A stretch of 64,000 nt of DNA, taken from NCBI GenBank assembly GCA_965285935.1, contig OZ260664.1:108190001-108254000 (forward strand). Reading direction: 5' to 3'. Numbering within the stretch: the stretch's first letter is position 1; each line of letters starts with the position of its first letter. The translations under genes and the position numbers were made by a program. Positions 40,201 to 52,661 of this stretch are shown in pieces. The notes under the pieces were generated by a model. That model saw only the letters and a list, made by a program, of their open reading frames with translations, searched no databases and had not been told where the DNA came from. Source of the DNA: Ophelia neglecta. Taxonomy: Eukaryota.

Positions 40201-42305
40201 CAGCCGTATAAATTGGCTCTGTGGCTTATAATTAACCTGCCATGCCGAGAATACTAAGAGCAGCTAACAGTTGTTGTAGAGATCCGCCAGCTAGCAGTTC
40301 AGGCTGTTTTGTATTTATATTATGACTAGTACGAGTTAAAGGTCAGCGAATGATGCAGCCAGTGTCTGGTATATGGGGTAGCGGAGTAAGCAGTTATAAA
40401 TATTTCGCATGTAGATAAGTGAAGATAATGATTAGAAGGTAGGTACAGTTTCTTAGTCCATGCAGTTTATTATGGTAGCCATTACGTCAAGTTATGAGCA
40501 CGTTATGAGCACGTTATGAGCACGTTTTGATAAACCTACAAACAATACGGTGATATCTGAAACTTCAACAGGACAAGGGACTTTGAAATCTTTCAGAAAA
40601 CAAAAGGTCAGGCTTGATGTCTGGTCCTCGTACGGTTGTATGATACATAACATTGTCACCATTGATATGTGACATAACCATAGGCGACACGCAGAAGACA
40701 CATGTAACGTTTGTGTCACACAAAACAGATGCGTGTAATTTTCGTCCTTTGCTATATATAAACAAACATGATTCAAATATGAAACAAATGCAGACATCCG
40801 GGTTTAAGATTGTGATACAGATGTTGGTCAATGGATGACAGTTTTCTCACGGGTAGTTCTTGCGTTAAAACTGACGATTATATTGCATTTAATAATCTGA
40901 AAGAAAATGACAATCAATCATTGGCTCGGACGTATAAGACTACATGGTTCTCCGGCTGTAAATTCCCCGGACTCGAAAGCCTATAGACGAACGAAACAAC
41001 TATTGTGGGACCAAGGAACGGTGCAAACCAGGATGTCGAGACCATACCACCCATATAAAATCCTGGAGATCTAAAATAATAGTGTTTCCAAACCTCAATC
41101 CCGTATGTTCTGTATTTTAGATAAATCACTCGGACACCAGTGCCTTCCATAGTGGCCGACTTACGAACCAAACCTCGGTCTTCATATAAAGCGTGGAGTT
41201 GATGTGACATTCGTAAACTGTGTCGGTAGTTTACAAGAGGGGCGATAAACAGACAAAAACATTCATCGATACCATCTATCGTAGACGGGGGCCATGAGAA
41301 ATGATGGAATGTAATAAAAAGGGAAAGTCTTTGGTAACGAACTAGTTTGTAAGTACAAGTTCTAATACAAACCCATAGACTTGTTCGTTTTTGTTTGCTT
41401 GTTTTTCTCATACTATTGCTAGGTGAGTCCAAAATACCCAAGTAGGGGGGGGGGGGTATAGGTAATGGCAGCATCTTTCACCATGAATTTTATTCTAGGA
41501 AAATACGGTTAAGGTTGCTATGGTACAATGCATTTCGTGATCACAAAGTCAAGTCAGGATTACGCATATCACCCATACGAGATGTTGCTTCATTCTAGTC
41601 TGATGAATCTTTCGGCTGATAGATCTGACGCCACCCCCCCCCCCTCCCCCGACCCCCTACAAACAGAGTTAGACACTGGCATTAATGCACCTGGTTCAGA
41701 AATGTTTGAGCACGTTTTATTCAGGTTGATGATACATCCATCGCGCTAGTGTGTTTGTGTAGCTCTCACGACGGAGCTCGGAGTGTCTGATATGTTGACA
41801 CAACGTGACCGCTGCAAGGAATAATGCACAATCTTTGCACCCCTCCGTGGGACGGATCAATGGAAATCTCCATAGACTTCTGACTAGGTCAAAATCAACA
41901 AGGCACACCTAGTCTCACACACGATTAATCTACATGGAATACCTTCTCGATTCAGATTCAGATTCAGATTCAGATTCTAGAGTTGCCGTACGTTCATGCA
42001 CGCCACCTGGTGCTTGTTCTGGCTATTTATTCACATACAGCAGTCCTACGGGTGAGACGTTGAGGTAGAACGGCTGTGTGCAATAGACCACAGTAGTATA
42101 TTATTTTTTATTATTCATTGAATTTGCTTTAGCGCTTGTTTTTAGATAGACTATTCAAATGCGCCCCCATGTGTCCCTCGAGTGTACTATGTTTATCTAA
42201 ATGTATTACATATATATTGAAATCGAGGCAGGATATATTGTCTCATTATAGGCAGGGCCATATAGGCCTTTTTAAACCTACAGCGGAAATCTTAGCGACA
42301 ATTTA

Positions 42306-42396
42306 GGGATCTAGCACAATGGTTAGAGTCGCCGGTATCGCTGGGCTAGGTGGATGGTAGCGCAAGGGTTGTGGGTTCGAGTCCCAGCCAAGTCAC
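42306..42396 (+). mobile_element. tRNA-derived Pol III head (SINE 5' part or tRNA pseudogene)
   Basis: A-box-like tagcacaatggttaga and B-box-like gggttcgagtccc. No clean cloverleaf or acceptor stem. Confidence 0.55.
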
Positions 42397-42735
42397 AACC
42401 ACATTTGAAATTTCAAAAAACCCAATAAATGTAGTATACATATGATTTATCTATTAAAGAAAAAAGGCAAACATGGTCAAATTGTACTCTCATTGTTCTC
42501 TCATAATCAAAGGGACTTACGTTGAAATAGTCTCAAAAAACACAAGATTAAAGAAGGAAATGTTTCTGTGTACTTAAGGAGTACACAGAATTGACAGGTG
42601 GTCTGAATATAGAGTGGTCTTTGAGGCAGGTTTCACTGTATTTGAATTACAAATTCATGTACTGGTGGATGGGTGGAATGGTCGAATGGGGATTGATAAG
42701 TTGAGTGTGGGCCTAAGGCTGCTGGTTCCTTATAA

Positions 42736-43252
42736 CAGTGCAACCTGCCATTAAGACCACCTATATAATCAGACCACCTGGCAATTCAGACCACTGTATG
42801 CAAACCATGCGTTAGGCTTTTAATGTTAAATGACCTGTCTAAACAGACCACCTCCGAAATCAGACCAGTATGTTCCAGTCCCTTTGGTGGTCTTAATTCA
42901 CAGGTTTCACTGAACAGTGAAACCTGCCTTAAGGACCACGTCTATAATCAGACCACCTGTCAATTCAGACCACTGATATGCAAACCATGCGTTATGCTTT
43001 TTATGTTAAATAACCAGTCTAAACAGACCACCTCCGAAATCAGACCAGTATTTTTCCATTCCCTTTGGTGGTCTTAATTCACAGGCTTCACTGAACAGTG
43101 AAACCTGCCTTAAAGTCCACCTTTATAATCAGACCACCTGTCAATTCAGACCACTGATATGCAAACCATGCGTTATGCTTTTAATGATAAATAACCTGTC
43201 TAAACAGACCACCTCCGAAATCAGACCAGTATTTTACAGTCCCTTTGGTGGT
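42736..43252. mobile_element. three head-to-tail MITE copies (family of 242-404), third one truncated
   Basis: Units start at 42736, 42915 and 43096 and are joined by ...cactg-AA-cagtg.... A further right-end fragment lies at ~42594-42640. Confidence 0.85.
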
Positions 43253-46200
43253 ATTTCGATCCTTGCAATTGACTAAGCTTGATTAAAACTTGGCTTAATG
43301 ATTTGATTTTGTCTGCCGGGTATCCCCTCCTTTTTTCGCTTTGAGAACAAGCGTAAGAACCGCCATCTGACTGACCATGGAGATTGAGGAGGGGGTACGA
43401 TTAGTCCTTCCCAAATTAACGTCATCAATGAAATATTATAGGCCGCCCTTGGAAACCATGTTTTGTACATCAACGAGCATATGAATCGTAATATAATTCT
43501 ACATGTATCTGTTTGCAGGACAGAGGCTGGGCACAAACAACTGAATGATGACAATGAAAAACTCTTCCCATTACCTAACGGGGGGAAAGAATTGAAACGA
43601 AGAGGAATCACAGTGGCTGGTGCATTTGACATTGTGTCTAGTCACGTGACTTCTAGGAGACTGTTTCAGTATTAAAGGCGCGTATACTAATAACTTTTAA
43701 AGTAGATAGCTGCGATATTGCTCCTTGAGAAGTCGTCACCCACAAACACTGTTAAACCATGACAACGCTCTTGTGCAACGACTGACCGCTCTTAATGGAT
43801 TAAAAGCCGGAAACAGTGTACGAAAGTGAGGCTGAAGAGGGAACGGTGCGTAGCGCGTGGCAGCTCTCCATGAGACCACTCCGCCACAGGCCCCACGCCG
43901 CGCAGCACTCGCCACACATCCTTTCCTCGGAAATGACAGCACAATGACGCCAGTCAAGAAAGAAACATTGTCTCCTGAATGTTGCATCAGCTTTTAGCAA
44001 GGAAAAAGAAGTGGTTGTCTCTCGGGTAGATAAATAGGCAATAGATAGAAAGTATGCGTTAGGGCAAATACCTTGGGAGACATTCCCTACTGGCCTTTTG
44101 CCATTCAGCTCATGCTGTGCGTAGTGGGCGTGATAAAAAACGGGAACCTGATGACTTTGCCGTTTACTGATTACACTGAAGAAATCGGGAACTATGTCCG
44201 TGGTACGTGACACGCGCTAGCTCGTCTCTACCACAGCCCCCACTACTTCCGGCAGAACTAAGTGCGCGAAGAGAAAGGAATGACAGTTTACAAAGGTCAC
44301 GTTAAGAACGCGCAGACAAAGTAAATTTGATATTTAAATAACAGGCATTGAATAAAAAAGCGTGCACAGTCGACTGGTGGGTTCAAAGAGCATGGCAAAC
44401 GTGCAGCGTGTCTGAAATAAAGATGGAGTTTAAGTATACTAAGGATCAACACATGGCGTGAAAATGGTCTAACTCGACTTTCAGCAAACCAGCCACATGG
44501 TTGCCATAGCTACGTGTTTACTATAGAACGTCGTGCTAAAGAAGAGGCTTTACACCTCTGAGCGATGTTTACTAGTCATTTTTGTATTACATAATTCGTT
44601 GAGTGAATACCGAGTGGAATGCCCGGATGTGGGCTATGAATAGGCGGTGTTCATTAATCATGTTCTGGTTGATCTCAGGTGTTACACGAACACCGAGTTC
44701 TGAGTGTATACTAACGCCACCTGCAAACCTTACTATGATCACCAAGCTGGCGGAGAGCGATAATTGAGCCTTACAGTGCACAACTGTGGTTCGAGAAGCG
44801 TTCATTATTTCGGATTGCGGTACGAATCGCACTCGTGTAGGATGAAAGGACAAAGCATGGTGCTGATTAGAACCAGGACATTCAATGGACCCTTGTTGAA
44901 CACAAACTCACGGGCAGAAATCGGGCACAATAGAAAGGACTAGTGGATTATTGGTGAGCACATGGACAATTAACTGACATTTACTCAAAGTCGGTAGGTA
45001 ACTATGTTACCGGTCAGAGTGAAAACGACTACTGATAAATATGATTGACCATCACGGAAAAGATTAAGGAGGTTGCTAACAAACGGAGTACTTGAAACAC
45101 CTGTGGATTGCATTGCAACATGCTTAATAAAGTATAAGGTTACATATAGGGCTCTTCTTTTGTGGCAGGCGGTGCTGCGTCTGTCACTACTTTGGCTTCA
45201 GGTAATAACCGACTTAGAACGAGGCAGTGTCCAAGGCGTGCGAAGAAATGTGATCGTAGGCGCGAAGCGTTGTACTCCGACTTAATATAGGTCTGTATGA
45301 AAGGCAGGTTAAAGCATGACAATATTCAGACCATGCTTGCACGCAAATCAGCCATGACGTCATAGGAGCTACCCTAAAGTCGTCTATCAGGGGAATAGGA
45401 TTATACACGACCCATTTAAGTTAACTTAATCTTATTTGTGGGCGGAGGAGCAGTTAGCTGCAACAATAAACAGCTCGATTGAGTAGCATAGCGCATTCAA
45501 TCGAACAGAGTGTCTGTAGCCAAGCCGTGCGCGAGAGGAACCCTCCGCTATAATCCATACACGTAGAGCAGAACTGTTTATCACCGTGTGGATGGCATAC
45601 AGTGAAATAAAACAGAACTGAGTATATATGCCAGGCCTGAGTTGAGGAGAACGTCAGTTTGCTTACATAGGAGATATGACCTGTCAGTACTACACCGCTA
45701 TTATCAACACGTTTGCTTGTATGCTACGATAAAGACCGCTGACTCTTTATAGCCGCTCCAACACGTGGCCCCTACTACTTAGAAGATTGTCACGAGGATA
45801 ACGAGCTCTACGTCGGCAGCTGTGTTAATGAAACCAGGATTACATCAGTATATTTTTTAAAGTGAGTGTGAGAAATAATGATTCACTAAAGGAAAAACAT
45901 TGGTTTTCGTCAACATTGGTTTTCGTCCGTCTAAACCATCTTAGGAATGGAAGGTGTGCCTGAGAAGGCAAGTGTTTGATAGCAACCCATTGCTGGCGTT
46001 CAGCTCATTTAGTCAGCCAACCAGCCATCCCGGAGATAAAACTAGATGGATAGGTTATAATCCAGGGAAATCAGTTTCTAATTTACCCCAAGATGTCCCA
46101 ATATATGGAGTGGGTGTTAACCCACGATTAAAGAGACCAGTAATCGACTACAACACCAACACATCTCTACTTTGAGAATTATGCCCGCTAAGGTTAACAT

Positions 46201-46322
46201 TAAGCTCGTAAAACTGTCGCTAGGATCTTGACTAGAGTATCAATTTGTATTATTCCTGGACTGAGGCCCTTGATAGGAGGTGGTTTCATCTATACTACTT
46301 CTGTCCATTCCTCCGCCGCTAG

Positions 46323-47418
46323 ATGGAGACTCCAGCGTTCAGTGATTCTGCTATGGGAAAGCCCAGGCCCTCTCCGCCCGCCCCGATGGGCGCCTTGTAT
46401 GAAGACGTGGAGAACTTTTTTGGTGACATATTTGCTGGGTACGGCCGTGTGGTGGCGCGCTGGCCCTTGTTGTTTGTGGCTGTGCCCGTGCTGATCTGTG
46501 GGCTGCTGGGGCTAGGGCTGTTTAGTATGGAATACGAGACCCATGTAGAACACCTGTACACCCCGATTGGCAGCCGGGCCTCCAAGGACCAGGCCTTTCT
46601 GATCAGTCTCTTCCCGGACAACAGCCCAGAGAACTTCTACCGCCACCAACAGGTGTCAGCATGTACATACGGCGAGGTCATACTCACTACGAATGCTACT
46701 TCTCTATCACCTGTCTCTGAACCTGAGACGTCCAGTACTACTTCTGATACGATTAACTCACAGCAAGGACATCTGAACATCAAAGGTAACATGCTCAGCG
46801 CAGATGCAAGGACCGCTGCTAGAGAACTGTATAATAAGGTGTTAAACATTTCAGTATGGGTAGAGAAAGAACTACTTACTTACGCTGATGTATGCGCGAT
46901 GCGTGACGGAGGGTGCGTTGTGGATGGCGAGGACGTGATAGGAAGTGACGTATGTATTCGCTCAAACGAGACTAAGAAACACCAGGAAGTAATAGCAGGG
47001 GTCAGCTATGACAACGGGTGTGTAGCCGCAGAGGCGATAAAACTAAGGTTTAACCTTCGTCATAACACTTCACACGAACGTGGGCTAAGTCTGAAGTGGG
47101 AGAAACAGTTTCTCCACGAAATGGGGCGTTACCACACGCATGCGCTCTCAGTAGCATTCACAGTCAGCGAGTCTCTCGACATTGAACTGCAGCGCCATGT
47201 AGGAACTGACACTCGCTTCCTCGGATTCTCCGTGTTGGCTATGTTAGTGTACGCCACTCTGATTGGCTACGGCGGAAACTGCGTCACCAACCACGTGACT
47301 TTGGCCTACGCCGGCGTGGCTGGGGCTCTGATGGCGATCCTGGCGGCGTTTGGTCTTCTCAGTCTGCTGGGATCTCGGTTTGTTAATCTCTGCGGCGTTA
47401 TGCCTTTTCTCGTACTAG
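46323..47418 (+). CDS. PTCHD3-like coding exon 1 (TM1, luminal domain 1, start of SSD)
   Basis: ORF with YGRVVARWPLLF-TM1 and LYTPIGSRA. Donor GTAGGT at 47419. The start could be a later Met, or there could be an unseen upstream exon. Confidence 0.88.
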
Positions 47419-50400
47419 GTAGGTCAACTCTCCTTGAAAGTCAATCTTTACTTGCAGGGTAATTATGGGGAAGGGAAGATGGCAGCATTGGTAATTTTAG
47501 TGAGGCGAAAAGGGCGCCAGTCTCTCTGTATTCCTTGGAAAAGTGGTCCAGTCGTTTTGACAAATGCCACCCAACATGACCTACCCCCCCCCCCCCACTA
47601 CCACCACCACCCTCCAACCCCCACCACGCTCCAACCTCGCCCCCCCCCCCCCACACACACACACACACCCTCACATTGGTTTATTAAACACAGAACGAAG
47701 AAGCTCCATTAAATCTCTTCTCGCAGAACTGATTCAGAATGCTACCTGAAACCAACCACTGAATAGAGTGAGCATTAGAATTCCATTATAAACATATCTT
47801 ATATGAGATATAAGTCGTCTTCTGTCGAAACAAAAGTAATATTAACTGAATTATAATGTCATACTTACAGACTAGAGCAATAGCAATGCACAATCATGAC
47901 GAATTATTATTGGGCATGTGCCGAGGAAACTTGAAGATTGTATTGTAACACCACCCCAAATTTTAAACTGAATAATCTAACGAACGAAGGACCTAAGAGA
48001 AAGCTTGGTATTCAAGTGGCGACCAAATGTCATCGACCGAGGTCGCAATGTATATAAAGAAAAAATATAAGACACTTCGCATGCCTTATTTATAAAAGTA
48101 GGTCCCTACTCTCACAGGAGCTTGTCGTTTACCTCATCAGCTTATGACCACCGTGATAAGTTCTGTGATCTGGTGAGTGCGCTCAGACAGTAAAACTTAT
48201 CTGTGTTATTACAGCCAGTAGTACCAGTACCGGCATCTCGGTATTATACAAGTTATTTAAAGGAAAGCAACTGGAGAGCCAATCGGTAAATGCCTTTTCG
48301 AATTTAAATGTTGTTTTCTCGGTATCAAATGAGACTGGTCGTCTATTTATTTCGCCAACATGTTAGCAAGTTAAATAACTAGTATTATACCGATATGCCT
48401 GCACTCTTGGTACTGGTAATAATAATATAGATAAGTTATACCGCAATCGACACATCACAGAACAGAGCACTGTTGCCTTAAGTTGATAAGAAAAGACAAG
48501 CTCCTGTGCCTACTCACAGGAAAGTATACAGATTAGCATTCTGGGTTTCAAGCCCCAGCGAACAACTAAGATATTAGCAGGGATTGGTTAACTAGCACCA
48601 GTTGTAGAACCTAGTCCAGCGAGACCGGTTAATCACATCAATGATTCTCCCATTCTAGGCGTCAAAGCGTCCGGGAGCGGTTAAATCTGCCAGATCGGGG
48701 AAGCGAGTAATAATGAGTGTTTATGTTTAGGATAGGAAACGGGATTGGACACGGGAGGGGTAATAAACTAGCGAATTTGAGATCCCGTTTACTGCCATCC
48801 AAAAAATTCATTTTATATCGTGTCAACCAGAAACCAAGCTTCTACTGTATGTTAATAGCCCTAGAAGGATAGTGTGACTATAAGATTTCAGGTAAATAAC
48901 TGCCGGGGAGAATTTATTTATTAACTCCGCGAAAATTACCGTCATTGTGAGATTCTGCTTCAGCTGCCTTTTCAAATTAAACTAATAATATACAATCTTG
49001 TGATAAAGGTGTCGGGTGAGATGAAGGTCTTGGAAAGAGGATACTGATTACAATGGAAATTGGTGCTAAGTTCTTTTGCCTACTCTCTCGCTAAGGGCCA
49101 TAATGGAAATAAGCCTTCTTCTTGAGGACTTTTTATGCTTTTTTTCAGAAAATTGGAAAATATGATTGTGCCATTTATTGTTTGTGCTCCGATATATACG
49201 TCTAATTTGCACATGATATTATTAACTTTTTCTGACTTAAATCAAATCAATCAATCAATCAAGCTGCATTGTAGTACACTTACCCCTAATGATTAAGTTT
49301 CTTGCCAGCATAAGTAGACACAGATTGAAAGTGAAATACAAACTAATATAGTTCCTGATTTACCCTCTAGGTGTGGGAGCAGACGACATGTTTCAGTTGA
49401 TGACGGAGTGGCGCCAGAGTAACATCCGGGACTCGATATCTGAGCGCCTCTCAGCGACCTTGAGATCAGCAGCGGTCTCCATAACAATAACCTCCCTAAC
49501 TGACCTCCTGGCCTTCTGTATCGGCGCTACCAGCCCATTCGTCAGCATCCGGAACTTCTGCGCATGCTCAGGTAGGAATTGGTAACAAATATTAGTCGGT
49601 TTAATTATTTTTTCCATCTTTTTAATTCACGAAAGTGTTGGCTGTGCAAACAGATATACGAGGTAAAGCTCAGGCTTTCACTTACGGCCAAACGAGACTG
49701 GATAGCAGGCAGACAGTGTGACATATAGGAGTGGATAGGCAACAAACGATGCAAACTCATTAATCATAAGTTATCTATTAGTTTGAGCCGAATCCATCAA
49801 ACCCCATGGTCCCGGGGGGGGTACTCCCATAAAGGCCATAGTAGGTATGCTCCGCGGTAAAGGGTATCTTTTTCACCAATTTTTCCCTATCAAATTGGGT
49901 ATCTTTTTCACAACGATGCTATCAAATGGGTCGCTTTTTCACAATTGTTCTATCAAATGGGTCATCACATTTGAATGTCTATCAAAAGGGTCTAATTTTC
50001 TCTTTAATCTATCATATTGATCAGACGGTGAGATCGTAAAAACTTGCCAGACAAGTTGTGAAATTACGCTGGCATCTGCGGCCCGCTCGTCTTGTGTCAT
50101 GTGGAGTCAAACTACTTCATCGTTCTTGTTCGAAGTGCGAGTAGTGCTACGGCAGAATGCAACGCACGGCACCGGAAGTGGATCAATTTCACAATACATA
50201 GAACACGGCAAAAATTCTATCAAATGGGTACCTTTTTCGAGGAATTTCTATCAAATGGGTATCTTTTTCGAGGAATTTCTATCATAATGACCCCCTTTTT
50301 CAAAGCTGCGGGGAGCACCCCCACCCTAAAATATAGGAAGTACCCCCCCCGGGCCCATGGTCAGGTGGATACACACTCTTAAACCAAATTCAGCAGCACG

Positions 50401-52661
50401 CACAATGTGTCTATGTGTCTTTTTATGTCCCTGCGTACAATATGTGTCTAATATATCATACTGTACAGTGAGTCTGCGAATATCACTCTATAAAATGAGT
50501 CTACGAATACCACTCTGTAAAATGAGTCCACGAATATCACTGTGTAAAATGAATACGTATATCACAGTGAGAAATGAGTCTAGGAGTATCACTGTGTAAG
50601 ATTAATCTGCATATATCACTGTGTAAAATGAGTCTACGTATATGATTGTTAACAGCTATATGGCTTACTTACCTATTATTTCTTCTCTGAACCAACTGCC
50701 GATATTATAACAAAATATTCCACGAACTTTGAGACTTAAAATCCTGATATAGAGCCGTTTAATCTACATTTATGAATAGAAATTAATGAACGTAAACAAT
50801 AATTTGAAAGTCAATTTAATACTTCGTTTACTTTTCTGCAGGGGTGGCTATTTTCATCTGTTACATCAACCAGCTGACCTTTTTCTCTGGGTGTCTGGTG
50901 CTACACGCCCGCCGCGTCACCAGCTCACGTCACTGGCTGACGTGTCATGTGACGAAATCTCGCCAGGATATGGTGGAAGCTGGTAATAGTCACGTGACTG
51001 CCTTTTTGTGCGGTGGAAATCCCCCGCAGCGTGTCGGCGAGGAAGGCGGCCTCTGTCGGCGGTTCAGTAAACTATTATATACTACTTACCCACGTATACT
51101 GCTTCATGGAGCTTCAAAATGTGTTGTGTTTGTATTATTTATTGTGTACTTCAGTATTTCTGTGTGGGGTGCCTCTCAAATCGGACGCGGGTTCCAGTTA
51201 GAGTCAATCGTTTCCCCGGATTCATATTACTCACAATACGTACAACTGGATCGGTACTACTTCCCCACCACAGGACCGGAAGTGATGTTTGTAGTCCACA
51301 AACCTATAAAATATCACACGATGGAGGTGCAAAACGAGCTCCATTCCTTTTTGAACGCGGTTCAGGCTTCTCCTTACGTACTGAATGGCTCAAAAACCTC
51401 ATGGCTCGATGAATATCAGGATTTCCGGTTGCGGTCTAATTTGTCGGCCTATCCTGGCAGATGGGAATTCATTCAGACGCTAAAAGGCCCATTTCTGGAT
51501 AAAAACAATCAGTTTCGCGAGGATGTGAAACTAAATGAAGAACAATCCGAAATTGTGGCATCTCGCTTCTACATCCGGTGCCGGAAATTGAATTCTTCCG
51601 AAGTGGAGGGGGATTTCATGCTACATATGCGTCGTATGGCCAATAACAGCCCGTTCAGTATTGTCGCCTATAGCCCGGATTTTATCTACTATGAACACTA
51701 TGTGAGCATTCTGAAGAACACGTTGCTGCCTGTTGGGGTAACCATGATCGGGATGTTATTTGTTGCTCTGGTGTTTATTCCGCACCCCATTGCCGTGACC
51801 TGTGTCACCCTGGCTATGGTCAGCGTGGTCGTGGGCATGGTAGGACTCATGTACTTCTGGGGGCTGAGCCTGAGCGCTATCACCACCATACAGGTCATCC
51901 TGAGTGTCGGCATCTGTGTGTGCTTCACGGTTCACATGTCACACGCCTTCATGACAGCCACGGGTAAGAATAGGAATGAGCGTGTGACCGTGGCTCTGGA
52001 GAAGGTGGGCGTCCCCATCCTTAACGGCGCACTCAGCTCGCTCTTCTGCGCCATGATGCTCTCGTTCGGCACTTCCTTCATATTTACGTCATTCTTTAAG
52101 ACAATGGTGCTGGTGTGTGTTTTGGGAGTTTTACACTCTCTTGTGTTCCTTCCGGTGATGTTGTCCTTCATTGGTCCACGTCGAACCAGCCGACCAAGAG
52201 TGTTCATCCCAATATCGCCCAGCAGCCGGAGTCTGCAGGACACCTATCGGACAAACTCCATGATCCGGGCACCTCCCGGCATCAGCAGACGTCATAGCTC
52301 GCGCTCTCTGACGTCATCGGAGGGTACAGAGGCTTTAAGCCCGCCGCCCACCTGCACCAGTGACGTCACGTTCGTGTTTAACGGTAACGAGTGTCGGGAG
52401 GGAACGCCAGAAGACGAAGCCCCCCGGAGGAGAGTATCTTTTAGTATAGGCGAGCCGCCAAAAATAGTGACAGTGATGGATGCCTCCGAGCAGACAACTC
52501 CTGATCTGGAGGGTAACATTTCTGAGGAAGAACTCATAACGGATAGACAACGTGCGTGTGTTTGTAAGCCGCCCCTCGAAACCGTCACCATGGAGACGAT
52601 TCTGGAAGCAGACGAGTTTGAGAAAGAGGAGGAGAGACCACTAACTCTAAATGTGCACTAA
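46323..52661 (+). CDS. PTCHD3: Patched domain-containing protein 3-like (patched-related RND transporter with sterol-sensing domain), 3 coding exons, 1038 aa
   Basis: Join of 46323-47418, 49371-49571 and 50842-52661 gives 3117 nt in frame. Both introns are phase-1 GT-AG (ag|gtaggt...ctctag; ag|gtagga...ctgcag). Splicing rebuilds MPFLVLG-VGADDMF (GxxxDD) and SITITSLTDLLAFCIG of the SSD. The second half has IVASRF, FIYYEHY and GVPILNGALSS. The symbol denotes family resemblance, not proven orthology. Confidence 0.9.
48113..48508. mobile_element. intronic foldback non-autonomous DNA transposon (CA...TG, ~8-bp TSD)
   Basis: TIR cacaggagcttgtc/gacaagctcctgtg. Arms stay similar inward (cttatct/agataag, gttatttaa/ttaaataac). 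Flanks cctactct and cctactca match at 7 of 8. Confidence 0.75.
49085..49262 (+). mobile_element. L2-type LINE/SINE 3' tail remnant
   Basis: gggcccataatggaaataagcc...ctttt motif and a terminal (aatc)n tail. Confidence 0.4.
49371..49571 (+). CDS. PTCHD3-like coding exon 2 (SSD TM4-TM5)
   Basis: Acceptor ctctag at 49370, donor gtagga at 49572. 201 nt encoding (G)VGADDMFQLMTEW...FCACS. Confidence 0.92.
49811..50353. mobile_element. intronic non-autonomous DNA transposon with perfect 8-bp TSD
   Basis: TIR cccggggggggtact / agtaccccccccggg. TSD cccatggt at 49803-49810 and 50354-50361. Subterminal ctatcaaatgggt repeats. Confidence 0.85.
50455..50640. repeat. 27-bp minisatellite, ~6-7 copies (aatatcactgtgtaaaatgagtctacg)
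   Basis: aaaatgagt recurs at 27-bp spacing. Confidence 0.8.
50842..52661 (+). CDS. PTCHD3-like coding exon 3 (TM6-TM12, luminal domain 2, cytosolic tail)
   Basis: Acceptor ttttctgcag ending at 50841. 605-aa open frame with multiple TM helices. Confidence 0.92.

Noticed and set aside
40914-41474. 186-aa minus-strand ORF
   Set aside because: No recognisable domain, random-like composition, and it starts across a poly-C tract.
47419-47462. 3' end of the 379-aa ORF as a standalone protein
   Set aside because: Read-through into intron 1. The SSD motif continues in exon 2.
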